A DNA stretch of 64,000 bases from a phage, in sequence record OZ346187.1; one strand, given 5' to 3'. This document shows, in pieces, positions 57,275-64,000 of this stretch. The position numbers and the translations under genes are program-made. Within the stretch, counting starts at the first letter, position 1; each line of letters starts with the position of its first letter. The notes beneath the pieces are model-generated. The model was not told where the DNA came from. It worked only from the letters and a program-made list of their open reading frames with translations, and made no database searches.

Positions 57275-57829
57275 ATGAAATACTTTGTAACAAGCGACAC
57301 ACACTTTCTCCACCAGCGGGTCATGGAGTTTGATTCATGTCAAAAACACAGATCTCAGTATGATCACAATCTTGACAGTATGAATGCGGGAATCATCACC
57401 AAGTGGAACTCTGTTGTGTCACCTGCAGACACTGTGTTCCACTTGGGAGATATTGCATGCACTAATGATAAGAATATCAACAAATTGCTCCCAGATATTC
57501 TAAATATGTTGAACGGACATATTATTCTTGTTCGTGGCAACCATGACACAAGGACGACTGTCAAAATTATGAAAGAGTTCGGTCATGAGGTTGTAGATTA
57601 TTACGAGCTTCGCCACAACAAGAATTTGATCTGTATGAGCCATTACCAGTTTGCAAAGTGGAACAGAAAGCCTCACGGATCAGTCCAACTGTTCGGTCAT
57701 GCTCACGGAACCACACAACAGTTGTTTGGCAGGCAGCTTGATGTCGGTTGGGATGTGTGGGGGAGACTCTTACCATTAGAAGAGGCATACCGTATTGCAA
57801 TGAGTTTTGATATTGACAGCAGGGAGTAA
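57275..57829 (+). CDS. calcineurin-like metallophosphoesterase
   Basis: VTSDTHF, HLGDI, RGNHD, GHAHG motifs; ORF-track start 57170 trimmed to ATG 57275. Confidence 0.6.
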   Translation: MKYFVTSDTHFLHQRVMEFDSCQKHRSQYDHNLDSMNAGIITKWNSVVSPADTVFHLGDIACTNDKNINKLLPDILNMLNGHIILVRGNHDTRTTVKIMKEFGHEVVDYYELRHNKNLICMSHYQFAKWNRKPHGSVQLFGHAHGTTQQLFGRQLDVGWDVWGRLLPLEEAYRIAMSFDIDSRE

Positions 57830-57876
57830 TCCCTGCTATTTTAAAGAAAATTGCCACACAAGGAGAATCAGGAGAT

Positions 57877-58227
57877 ATGAAAGATGGGGATAAGCTGCTA
57901 TATCTTAAAGTCCCCCTTGAAATACTATCTATGTCAAAAGTTTTGAATGACACAACTGGGGAGGTTGTTGTTCTTGACTTGTATGACAAGATCGTATACT
58001 GCTACCTGCACAACTGGTATAAGCTTGGAGGAAATTCACGCTTCACACCAAGCACAAGGAAAATTGCAGCAGATGTTGGGATAAAGAAAACAAAAGCAGC
58101 AGCGTGCGTTAAAACTTTAGAATGTGCAGGAGTGGTTGAAACATCCACACAAGGGAGAGGTAAAAGATGCACATTTTCCAAAGTTTTGCCACCAGAAGAA
58201 GTTATTCGGATGTCAACAACTGGTTAG
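57877..58227 (+). CDS. putative DNA-binding protein (winged HTH)
   Basis: STRKIAADVGIKKTKAAACVKTLECAGVVE looks like an HTH recognition helix; lies just upstream of tandem palindromic repeats. Confidence 0.45.
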   Translation: MKDGDKLLYLKVPLEILSMSKVLNDTTGEVVVLDLYDKIVYCYLHNWYKLGGNSRFTPSTRKIAADVGIKKTKAAACVKTLECAGVVETSTQGRGKRCTFSKVLPPEEVIRMSTTG

Positions 58228-58303
58228 ACCAGTAAAAACTTAAATATCTGTACTATAAGGATTCGTATGTTTTATGTTCGCCATGGAACGGATACTATTA
58301 ACT

Positions 58304-58363
58304 GTCCGTGATACGGACACATCTGCCCGTAATACGGACACTAACTGTCCGTGATACGGACAC
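58304..58363. repeat. three tandem palindromic sites GTCCGTGATACGGACAC / GCCCGTAATACGGACAC / GTCCGTGATACGGACAC at 21-22 bp spacing
   Basis: Each unit is a 6-bp inverted repeat GTCCGT..ACGGAC with 3-bp spacer; followed by a very AT-rich stretch. Confidence 0.8.
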
Positions 58364-58866
58364 ATAAAGAATATAACTAAAATAACTAAATAATAAAAAA
58401 TAAAAGATCTAGTACTTATGGTACTAAGTACATATACTTAACTTATGTAGAATATACTAGATCCTAAGTACCATGTTTTAAATTTATTACTTACTATGGG
58501 CAGTGTCGGCCCTTCATTGGCACTCGCCTACGAGGGGCGAGATGCCGGGCCTCCTTGGTGCACACAATAACAGAAGTTCATACATGCAGGTCTGTTAACA
58601 TGTGTGGGAGCGAAGCGATAGCGCAGGCCAAAGGCCGAGCACTGATGTGGGCCACCGACGAAAGCTTGCCAGCGCCGTAAGGAGTCGGTTGAGAGTCTCC
58701 CGCACGAGCTTGGATGAAGTTTATGTGTGGAAACTGACAAGAAGGCCCCTAAATCGCTCCACAGCTATATAAACTATACCAGGTAATGCAATCGCACCAG
58801 TTTGATAGAAAAGCTCGTTACAAAGCGATACAGTGAGTTTTTCTATAACTTGAAGAGGAGGCAGCT

Positions 58867-59445
58867 ATGGGTTCACGCAAAGATGACCGTGAAAAGATTG
58901 CAAAACGTTATCAGAATGAAGAACAGATGGAGAAAACTTTCAAGTGGAAGCCAGGTTTCCAGCGTAATCATTCTAACGCTCGTGATCGTAAGCATCCGGA
59001 TAAGTGGTTAACACCGCCAAATGATGGCATGCAGGTTGGGGATGAGAAGGAGCTGTCACCTGGAAAAGATGGCAACTACATTCGCACTAAGGAAGCAGGT
59101 CCAAAGGATGACAGCTATCTTGTAGATAAGGTTCTTGACGGTGTTGATGTAGGTGTTGACACTGTACGAAACCTTTTTCTTGGTTGGTATCGCACAGGGT
59201 TTTTCGACATCAAGGCTATTCGTCGTGTTTGTGATATTAAAAAGTCTGCCTACGATGATGATTCCCTACATCGCACTCTGAGACAATACTCAGAGAGGTA
59301 CGGTCATCCAGTTATCACTCTTGACGATATTAACGAAGTTATGTATCATGTAGAGGTTGTTGCAGGTAGGTTCGGTGATGCATATCTCGGTATTCTTTCT
59401 GCAAAGGATGAGGTAATGTTAAATAAGATTTACTATGAACGCTGA
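58867..59445 (+). CDS. hypothetical protein
   Basis: ORF with GAGGAGG RBS. Confidence 0.5.
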   Translation: MGSRKDDREKIAKRYQNEEQMEKTFKWKPGFQRNHSNARDRKHPDKWLTPPNDGMQVGDEKELSPGKDGNYIRTKEAGPKDDSYLVDKVLDGVDVGVDTVRNLFLGWYRTGFFDIKAIRRVCDIKKSAYDDDSLHRTLRQYSERYGHPVITLDDINEVMYHVEVVAGRFGDAYLGILSAKDEVMLNKIYYER

Positions 59446-59640
59446 GGGGCGATTAATGAACAATCCGGTAGCAAAGAACTGTAATAAATTCAACAAGTCT
59501 GCGATTCACACTGACAGGAAAAAGAGTTGGTTTCCTGACATTGACGAGGAGCTTGAGAGTTACTTTGAAGATTTAGTCACCAATGCAGATGAGGTTGCGA
59601 TTAAAGAATACGCAGACAGGAGGGATAAGGCCGGAATCTG

Positions 59641-59669
59641 TTGACAAAAATAATGTTACCTGATAAGAT
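59641..59669 (+). promoter_or_regulatory. sigma70-like promoter TTGACA-17-TAAGAT
   Basis: Consensus -35, good -10, upstream of ORF 59721. Confidence 0.55.
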
Positions 59670-59720
59670 CTGCAATATGATGTGATACAATTTTAACTTA
59701 CGAGGTCTACAGGTAATGCT

Positions 59721-59963
59721 ATGTTTAAGGTTAAGCTCGTTTTTCGTTCCATGAATGAGGATTATTTAGAAGATGAAGGTGAATTTCGTGCACTGGATGA
59801 TGCAATAGATTTTGCCAACGACTTAGCTTGTATGAATACGGGTTATGGGCTATGCTGTTGGGATGGTGGTGTTCAGATCGGTGATAGCAAGATCTTCTAC
59901 TTCTACCCTGAGCCTGATAACAAACAAATTAAGTATGTTTTATTTATTTGTGCTTTACAATGA
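59721..59963 (+). CDS. hypothetical protein
   Basis: ORF-track ORF downstream of promoter. Confidence 0.45.
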   Translation: MFKVKLVFRSMNEDYLEDEGEFRALDDAIDFANDLACMNTGYGLCCWDGGVQIGDSKIFYFYPEPDNKQIKYVLFICALQ

Positions 59964-60250
59964 GGTTGTTTTCGTGTATCATGATGAATATCCAATTTAA
60001 AGATGAATTTGATGGCTTTATCTCCGGATGCTTTGAAACAGGGTTCGGAGAAGGCTGAGTTCCCCTTAGAGGGCTTGATAGTGCACCACACTTAAAATGG
60101 TAGGGGCAGCCAGCACATGACGATGTGACCCCAGCCAACCTGTAATAAGGTCGAGCCAAAGTGCGGTAATGGGCTCTGGTAACCCACTTGTTGGGTCTTG
60201 CTGGTCCAGGACGCTGGACAAGTCGCAGGGAATACCACCCTGCGGCGAAC

Positions 60251-60296
60251 TTGACAATCAGTATTTGCTATGATAAAATCCACCTATCACGTGATA
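60251..60296 (+). promoter_or_regulatory. sigma70-like promoter TTGACA-17-TAAAAT followed by palindrome TATCACGTGATA (candidate operator)
   Basis: Consensus -35, -10 TAAAAT; perfect 12-bp palindrome at 60285-60296 between -10 and start codon. Confidence 0.55.
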
Positions 60297-60307
60297 ATGG
60301 AGGAAAC

Positions 60308-60646
60308 ATGGCGGATACAACTAAAAAGCGTCGCCGTAGAGGCAGACCTCTGAAAGAGGAGTCCAACGCCATTCAGCTAGAGAAGAACATCCTTGATATG
60401 AAGGAATCTTTTATAGCGATGGTTCCAGAAGCTCACAAAGTTTTAAGAGAGCTGATGTTGGACCCGAAAACCAAACAAAATATTCGTCAAAGCATTGCAG
60501 AGTATGTTCTTGATAAGGCAGACCGAATGCAGGAAGAATATGATGAGATGTTTGGTGAAGAGGAAGAGGTGGTAGTGGAAGAGGCTGAAAAACCAGCACC
60601 TTTTATGCCATTTACTACAGAAATACAGCCTGTTAGCAATAGCTAA
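60308..60646 (+). CDS. hypothetical protein (basic N-terminus, acidic C-terminus)
   Basis: ORF-track 60188-60646 trimmed to ATG 60308 downstream of promoter; GGAGGAAAC RBS. Confidence 0.5.
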   Translation: MADTTKKRRRRGRPLKEESNAIQLEKNILDMKESFIAMVPEAHKVLRELMLDPKTKQNIRQSIAEYVLDKADRMQEEYDEMFGEEEEVVVEEAEKPAPFMPFTTEIQPVSNS

Positions 60647-60655
60647 AATATTTTC

Positions 60656-60684
60656 TTGACAAACTTTGCTTAACAGTGTAATAT
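60656..60684 (+). promoter_or_regulatory. sigma70-like promoter TTGACA-17-TAATAT upstream of the tRNA cluster
   Basis: Consensus -35 and A/T -10 about 60 nt upstream of the first tRNA. Confidence 0.55.
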
Positions 60685-60742
60685 TGTAAACATGGTCTCC
60701 CACCTTTTCTGGCGGCTAAGGTGTAAAAGAAAGCCACCCAGT

Positions 60743-60817
60743 GCCCTGTTAGCTTAGTGGATAAAGCAGCGGCCTTCTAAGCCGTTGACACTGGTTCGAG
60801 TCCAGTACGGGGTGCCA
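60743..60817 (+). tRNA. tRNA-Arg (anticodon TCT), CCA encoded
   Basis: Cloverleaf: acceptor GCCCTGT/ACGGGGT, D-arm GCTT..AAGC, anticodon loop CTTCTAA, T-arm ACTGG-TTCGAGT-CCAGT. Confidence 0.8.
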
Positions 60818-60821
60818 AATT

Positions 60822-60908
60822 GGGGAGTTATCCCGTAGAGGTAGCGGTGTAGACTGTAAATCTATTGTCATTGCGACTCGGGTGGTTCGACTCCACCACT
60901 CCCCACCA
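60822..60908 (+). tRNA. tRNA-Tyr (anticodon GTA), long variable arm, CCA encoded
   Basis: Acceptor GGGGAGT/ACTCCCC, anticodon arm GTAGA-CTGTAAA-TCTAT (GACUGUAAAUC as in E. coli tRNA-Tyr), T-arm GGTGG-TTCGACT-CCACC. Confidence 0.8.
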
Positions 60909-61022
60909 AATTTATATTTTTAGATGCATAAATAATACAGATAATGGCATTGATATTTATCGTCGTTTATACTAGTCACTAACTGCTCGAAAATCAGTGT
61001 CATTATCAGTATAATTTATAAA

Positions 61023-61113
61023 GGAGGGTAGGGAGCAATGGTGCTCAAGCGGTCTTGAAAACCGTCCCGTTGAGGATGACTCGATGATGGTTCGATTCCA
61101 TTACTCTCCGCCA
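61023..61113 (+). tRNA. tRNA-Ser (anticodon TGA), type II, CCA encoded
   Basis: Acceptor GGAGGGT/ACTCTCC, anticodon arm GCGGT-CTTGAAA-ACCGT, long variable arm, T-arm GATGG-TTCGATT-CCATT. Confidence 0.75.
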
Positions 61114-61211
61114 CATTGTTGACCTTGTAATTAAGCGAAAGCCGGAAGCAGAACCGGATTATCAAATGTTACAGTCGTCATCGCCGACTAGCAACATGGT
61201 CAACATACTGA

Positions 61212-61310
61212 GCTAGGTAAGCCCTTTGGCAAGGGCGAGGATTTTTAATCCTGAAAATAGACGAGGTAGTCGTTGAATACATAGGTGGTTCGATTCCATC
61301 ACCTAGCACC
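61212..61310 (+). tRNA. atypical tRNA-like gene (possible tRNA-Lys TTT with ~30-nt extra arm) or tRNA pseudogene
   Basis: Perfect acceptor GCTAGGT/ACCTAGC, D-arm GCCC-TTTGGCAA-GGGC, T-arm GGTGG-TTCGATT-CCATC, but 47 nt between D and T arms; loop TTTTTAA on a 4-bp stem. Confidence 0.4.
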
Positions 61311-61315
61311 TTTTT

Positions 61316-61391
61316 GCTGATGTAGCACAATCGGTAGTGCAATTGATTTGTAATCAATAGGTTGTAGGTTCAAGTCCTGCCATCAGCACCA
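61316..61391 (+). tRNA. tRNA-Thr (anticodon TGT), CCA encoded
   Basis: Acceptor GCTGATG/CATCAGC, D-arm GCAC..GTGC, anticodon arm ATTGA-TTTGTAA-TCAAT, T-arm GTAGG-TTCAAGT-CCTGC. Confidence 0.8.
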
Positions 61392-61392
61392 A

Positions 61393-61467
61393 GGCCCTGT
61401 AGCTGGAAGGTTCAAGCAAGCGACTCATAATCGCCAGACGGTGGTTCAATTCCACCCAGGGCCACCA
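61393..61467 (+). tRNA. tRNA-Met or Ile2 (anticodon CAT), elongator-type, CCA encoded
   Basis: Acceptor GGCCCTG/CAGGGCC with G1-C72 pair, anticodon loop CTCATAA, T-arm GGTGG-TTCAATT-CCACC. Confidence 0.75.
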
Positions 61468-61478
61468 AATAGTAAATA

Positions 61479-61555
61479 CTCCGCGTAGCTCAGCTTGGTA
61501 GAGCGCCTGATTTGGGATCAGGAGGTCGAGTGTTCGAATCACTCCGTGGAGACCA
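61479..61555 (+). tRNA. tRNA-Pro (anticodon TGG), CCA encoded
   Basis: Acceptor CTCCGCG/CGTGGAG, D-arm GCTC-AGCTTGGTA-GAGC, anticodon arm CCTGA-TTTGGGA-TCAGG, T-arm GAGTG-TTCGAAT-CACTC. Confidence 0.8.
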
Positions 61556-61601
61556 CTTTCAGTTATACTTTAAACATATATAAACAAAAGGAACCTTTAA
61601 A

Positions 61602-61871
61602 ATGTATACACTTAAAATTGTAGAGCGTGTAAATCCAACTCATACCGTAGATTTTCGTGACGATTTCAATCCTCTGGCTGTAAATCTTCGAGAGTCATAT
61701 CATGAACTCAGCTGCGATGCAGTGGTGGTCTTTTTTGAAGACAACTCTGAAGGGGCGGTAGCTTGTGTTGTTGATAGTGAGCAGAAGTTTTATATTTACA
61801 GAGATGTAGATGCATACTTGATGAATGAAAATGCAGTTACTGTTAGAATCATCCACCGAGTGCCTCGATAA
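61602..61871 (+). CDS. hypothetical protein
   Basis: ORF after tRNA cluster with AAAGGAAC RBS-like sequence; followed by terminator. Confidence 0.5.
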   Translation: MYTLKIVERVNPTHTVDFRDDFNPLAVNLRESYHELSCDAVVVFFEDNSEGAVACVVDSEQKFYIYRDVDAYLMNENAVTVRIIHRVPR

Positions 61872-61928
61872 GTATTAGTCTCCTTTTAGTTAGTTTCGAT
61901 CTATTTAGGTTACTCAATTTTAACCCGC

Positions 61929-61959
61929 CCCGTTAGCTGTATAGCTGCGGGGTTTTTTC
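61929..61959 (+). terminator. rho-independent terminator (CCCCG..AGCT-GTAT-AGCT..CGGGG + TTTTTT)
   Basis: GC-rich hairpin followed by six Ts. Confidence 0.6.
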
Positions 61960-61976
61960 GTTTCTGGAGCCTTAAA

Positions 61977-62375
61977 ATGATTTCAGTTTTAACATGGCTG
62001 AGCAGGTATAAAGGGATCATAAAAGGTTTAGTTTTTGCAGCTGCGATAGGTACAGCTTATCTTGGGGCCGTGTATTGGTTTAACTCTAAGCTTAATGATG
62101 CCTACCAAGAAGGTGTGTCAGCAACAGAGTTAAAGTGGGAACGGATCCTTGATCAGCAACAAAAGCAGGCCGACAAAATTAAAATGGGCCACGCAGAGGA
62201 GGTTAAAAACCTTGAAAAATCCCTTTCTGATCTGCAGGATAAATTAAATATAGCTGAGAAGGCAGGTAAAGAAAAGCAGATTATCTACCTCCAGTCACCT
62301 GAAGGCAAGAAGTCAACACTTCCTGATCAGCTTATAGATATTTATAATGAGAGTATCAATCAGGAGGATCAATGA
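61977..62375 (+). CDS. putative i-spanin (Rz-like)
   Basis: N-terminal TM helix LVFAAAIGTAYLGAVYWF then charged coiled-coil; overlaps downstream lipoprotein gene. Confidence 0.5.
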   Translation: MISVLTWLSRYKGIIKGLVFAAAIGTAYLGAVYWFNSKLNDAYQEGVSATELKWERILDQQQKQADKIKMGHAEEVKNLEKSLSDLQDKLNIAEKAGKEKQIIYLQSPEGKKSTLPDQLIDIYNESINQEDQ

Positions 62376-62659
62376 GAGTTGCTACACTGTTTATTGTGTG
62401 CTTGTTATTATGTGGGTGTGCAACCAGCGTTGAGAGAGAATACAAGATTGACCCTCCTGATGTAGGAAGGTTGATTGTTAAACCCCCGGAAGGTGCCATG
62501 AAACCACCTGCTAAAGCTATGCCTTTGAAGAAAGGTGCGCCAGATGCAGTGAATTCTGGCATTATGAGGGATAATAATCTGTCTTGTAGCAATGATAGAG
62601 CTAAATTGATCATTTTGCAAGACTATATTAGAACACTTTTTCCAAAGGAGAGAGGTTAA
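62372..62659 (+). CDS. putative o-spanin (Rz1-like lipoprotein)
   Basis: Lipobox-type signal MRVATLFIVCLLLCGCAT; Pro-rich; 4-nt overlap with the i-spanin candidate. Confidence 0.5.
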   Translation: MRVATLFIVCLLLCGCATSVEREYKIDPPDVGRLIVKPPEGAMKPPAKAMPLKKGAPDAVNSGIMRDNNLSCSNDRAKLIILQDYIRTLFPKERG

Positions 62660-63084
62660 TGTCTAAGATTTACGGACCGTGTTCTGAAAAGCAGAAGATG
62701 ATCCTAGAAAACGATGCAGATATTTTGGTAATCGGCGGTGCCGCAGGGTCTGGCAAGTCGTTCCTCTTGCAATTGATGCCACTTAAAATTATTGATGACC
62801 CCCACAGCTCTGTGGTTATGTTCCGAAGAACAACCCCACAGTTGGAAGGTGAGGGTGGATTATGGCCTAAAGCAGTAGCTATTTATAGTGATCTGCCTGA
62901 AAACATTAAGCCAAAGTTTAGAGAGAAGGATCATAAGTTCATTTTTCCACGGTTTGATCCGAACACTGGCAAGTGGGATAGAAGCAAAAAGGGAGCTGTT
63001 GTAAAATACTGCCACATGGAGTATGTACAAGATAAGCTTAACCATCAGGGGCTTGAGTACACCATGGTTTGCTTCGATGAGGGT
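62659..63084 (+). CDS. terL: terminase large subunit, exon 1 (N-terminal ATPase; interrupted by intron)
   Basis: Walker A VIGGAAGSGKS; Walker B MVCFDEG immediately before the stop at the intron start. Confidence 0.7.
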
Positions 63085-63134
63085 TAATTTGTAGCTCTCG
63101 TAAAACCTCCCTAATTGCGGGGAAATCTTTATTA

Positions 63135-63163
63135 TTGACACCACCAACCTGTCATGGTAACAT
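63135..63163 (+). promoter_or_regulatory. promoter-like TTGACA-17-TAACAT inside the terL intron, upstream of the endonuclease ORF
   Basis: Consensus -35 and plausible -10; overlaps palindrome TGTCATGGTAACATGACA. Confidence 0.35.
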
Positions 63164-63302
63164 GACAGAGGCTTCGAAGAGAGATCGAAGGTATGGTAAC
63201 AGTGTGTTAATTTAGATAATCCGCAGCGAAGCATCCGAGAGGATGAACGTTCAACGACTAGTCGAAAGACGTAGAATCAAGCGATTCGAAACGGGAGGGT
63301 GA

Positions 63303-63893
63303 ATGTGTAATACTAAGAAATGTATGGATTGCCAAAGAGTTCTACCTATTGATGATTTCTTTTTATCATCTAAGAGCAAGGATGGATACTCAGGTACATG
63401 CAAGGAATGCTATATGTACTACAGGAAGGGTGGATCTCGTAAAAACAAAAATATGGTTAAGAGAGATGATGCAGCATTGTTTATTCAAGACTTGCTGAAG
63501 AAAGGTGAACTTTTTGAATGCAAATCTTGTCATGAAAGTATGCTCGCTGATAGTTTTTACACAAAACGTGACTATGGTAAAGTATATCTGGTTACGAACA
63601 GGTGTAAGATGTGTGAAAAGTTTTATCAGATTGAGAAGAAATTTAACATAACAAAAGATGAATACTATCGTCTACTCTCAGATCAAGATCATAAGTGTGC
63701 CATTTGTAGAATATCCCTTGATGAGTATAGGACGCAAGGGTATAGAGATTTCTTTTGTGTTGATCATGACCATAAAACTGGTGCTGTAAGAGGGTTGCTT
63801 TGTGATAAATGCAACAGAGCTTTAGGTTTCTTCCAAGAGGATGAGGAAACTATTCTTAGAGCGGCAGAGTATTTACACATTCATAAGATATAG
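63303..63893 (+). CDS. endonuclease VII-family (HNH-like) homing endonuclease, intron-encoded
   Basis: FCVDHDHKTGAVRGLLCDKCNRALG matches the endonuclease VII core; several CxxC pairs; inside the terL intron. Confidence 0.7.
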   Translation: MCNTKKCMDCQRVLPIDDFFLSSKSKDGYSGTCKECYMYYRKGGSRKNKNMVKRDDAALFIQDLLKKGELFECKSCHESMLADSFYTKRDYGKVYLVTNRCKMCEKFYQIEKKFNITKDEYYRLLSDQDHKCAICRISLDEYRTQGYRDFFCVDHDHKTGAVRGLLCDKCNRALGFFQEDEETILRAAEYLHIHKI

Positions 63894-64000
63894 TCTGGTC
63901 TGCATGGAGACATGCAGCTGCCTGAAAATGGCGGGGCAAGACTAGCGACCTTGCCCGAACATAAACGACACAATTCGAATGGGAGCAGATAGACTACCTG

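Larger units (their letters stand above)
63085..64000 (+). mobile_element. group I intron in terL carrying a homing-endonuclease ORF (3' end at or beyond window edge)
   Basis: 5' exon ends GGU, intron starts UAAUUUG; P element AATTGCGGGGAAA, Q element AATCCGCAGC, R-like GTTCAACGACTAGTC, S element AAGATATAGTCTGG at the ORF stop. Confidence 0.75.

Noticed and set aside
58304-58363. Possible CRISPR array from the tandem repeats
   Set aside because: Only three units, each a palindromic protein-binding-type site with 4-5 bp between units and no spacers of CRISPR length.
58528-58740. Minus-strand ORF of 70 aa in the GC-rich island
   Set aside because: Amino-acid composition is dominated by GC-rich codons (Pro/Arg/Ala/Gly/Cys), there is no RBS, and it lies in a region that looks structured rather than coding.
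61212-61310. Calling the atypical tRNA a suppressor (anticodon TTA) or selenocysteine tRNA
   Set aside because: The loop with a purine at position 37 gives anticodon TTT rather than TTA, and there is no TCA anticodon or 8-bp acceptor stem; the structure is too irregular for a confident isotype.
61354-61542. Minus-strand ORF of 62 aa across the tRNA cluster
   Set aside because: It is antisense to three well-formed tRNA genes.

Overview
This window reads as a densely packed segment of a large virulent tailed-phage genome, probably infecting a gamma-proteobacterium (lambda-R-like endolysin, E. coli-like tRNA-Tyr, E. coli SSB-type C-terminal tail). Layout: a rightward early block (1-16030) with primase-helicase, a family-A DNA polymerase, an SSB-like protein and a macro-domain protein; a ~1.8 kb ORF-poor, repeat-rich region (16030-17870) where the two gene blocks converge; a long leftward block (17871-56756) with many small ORFs, a ribosome hibernation factor homolog, four DNA methyltransferases, ClpP-like peptidase, PhoH, aerobic and anaerobic ribonucleotide reductases, ThyX, nucleases, endolysin, DNA ligase, Sir2 and an RNA ligase; and a rightward block (56800-64000) with RNA-repair kinase and phosphoesterase, an origin-like iteron region, seven tRNA genes, spanins and the 5' part of terminase large subunit. 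The most striking content is the mobile-element load: three group I introns (DNA polymerase, nrdD, terL; two carry homing endonucleases) plus a LAGLIDADG intein in the polymerase. Other candidates for new biology are the RNA ligase/kinase/phosphoesterase cassette beside the tRNA cluster, the phage HPF, Sir2 plus a macro-domain protein, an expanded family of small acidic proteins, and two repeat-rich non-coding regions. All calls come from reading the sequence and ORF translations by eye; non-ORF coordinates may be off by 1-2 nt and no database search was run.
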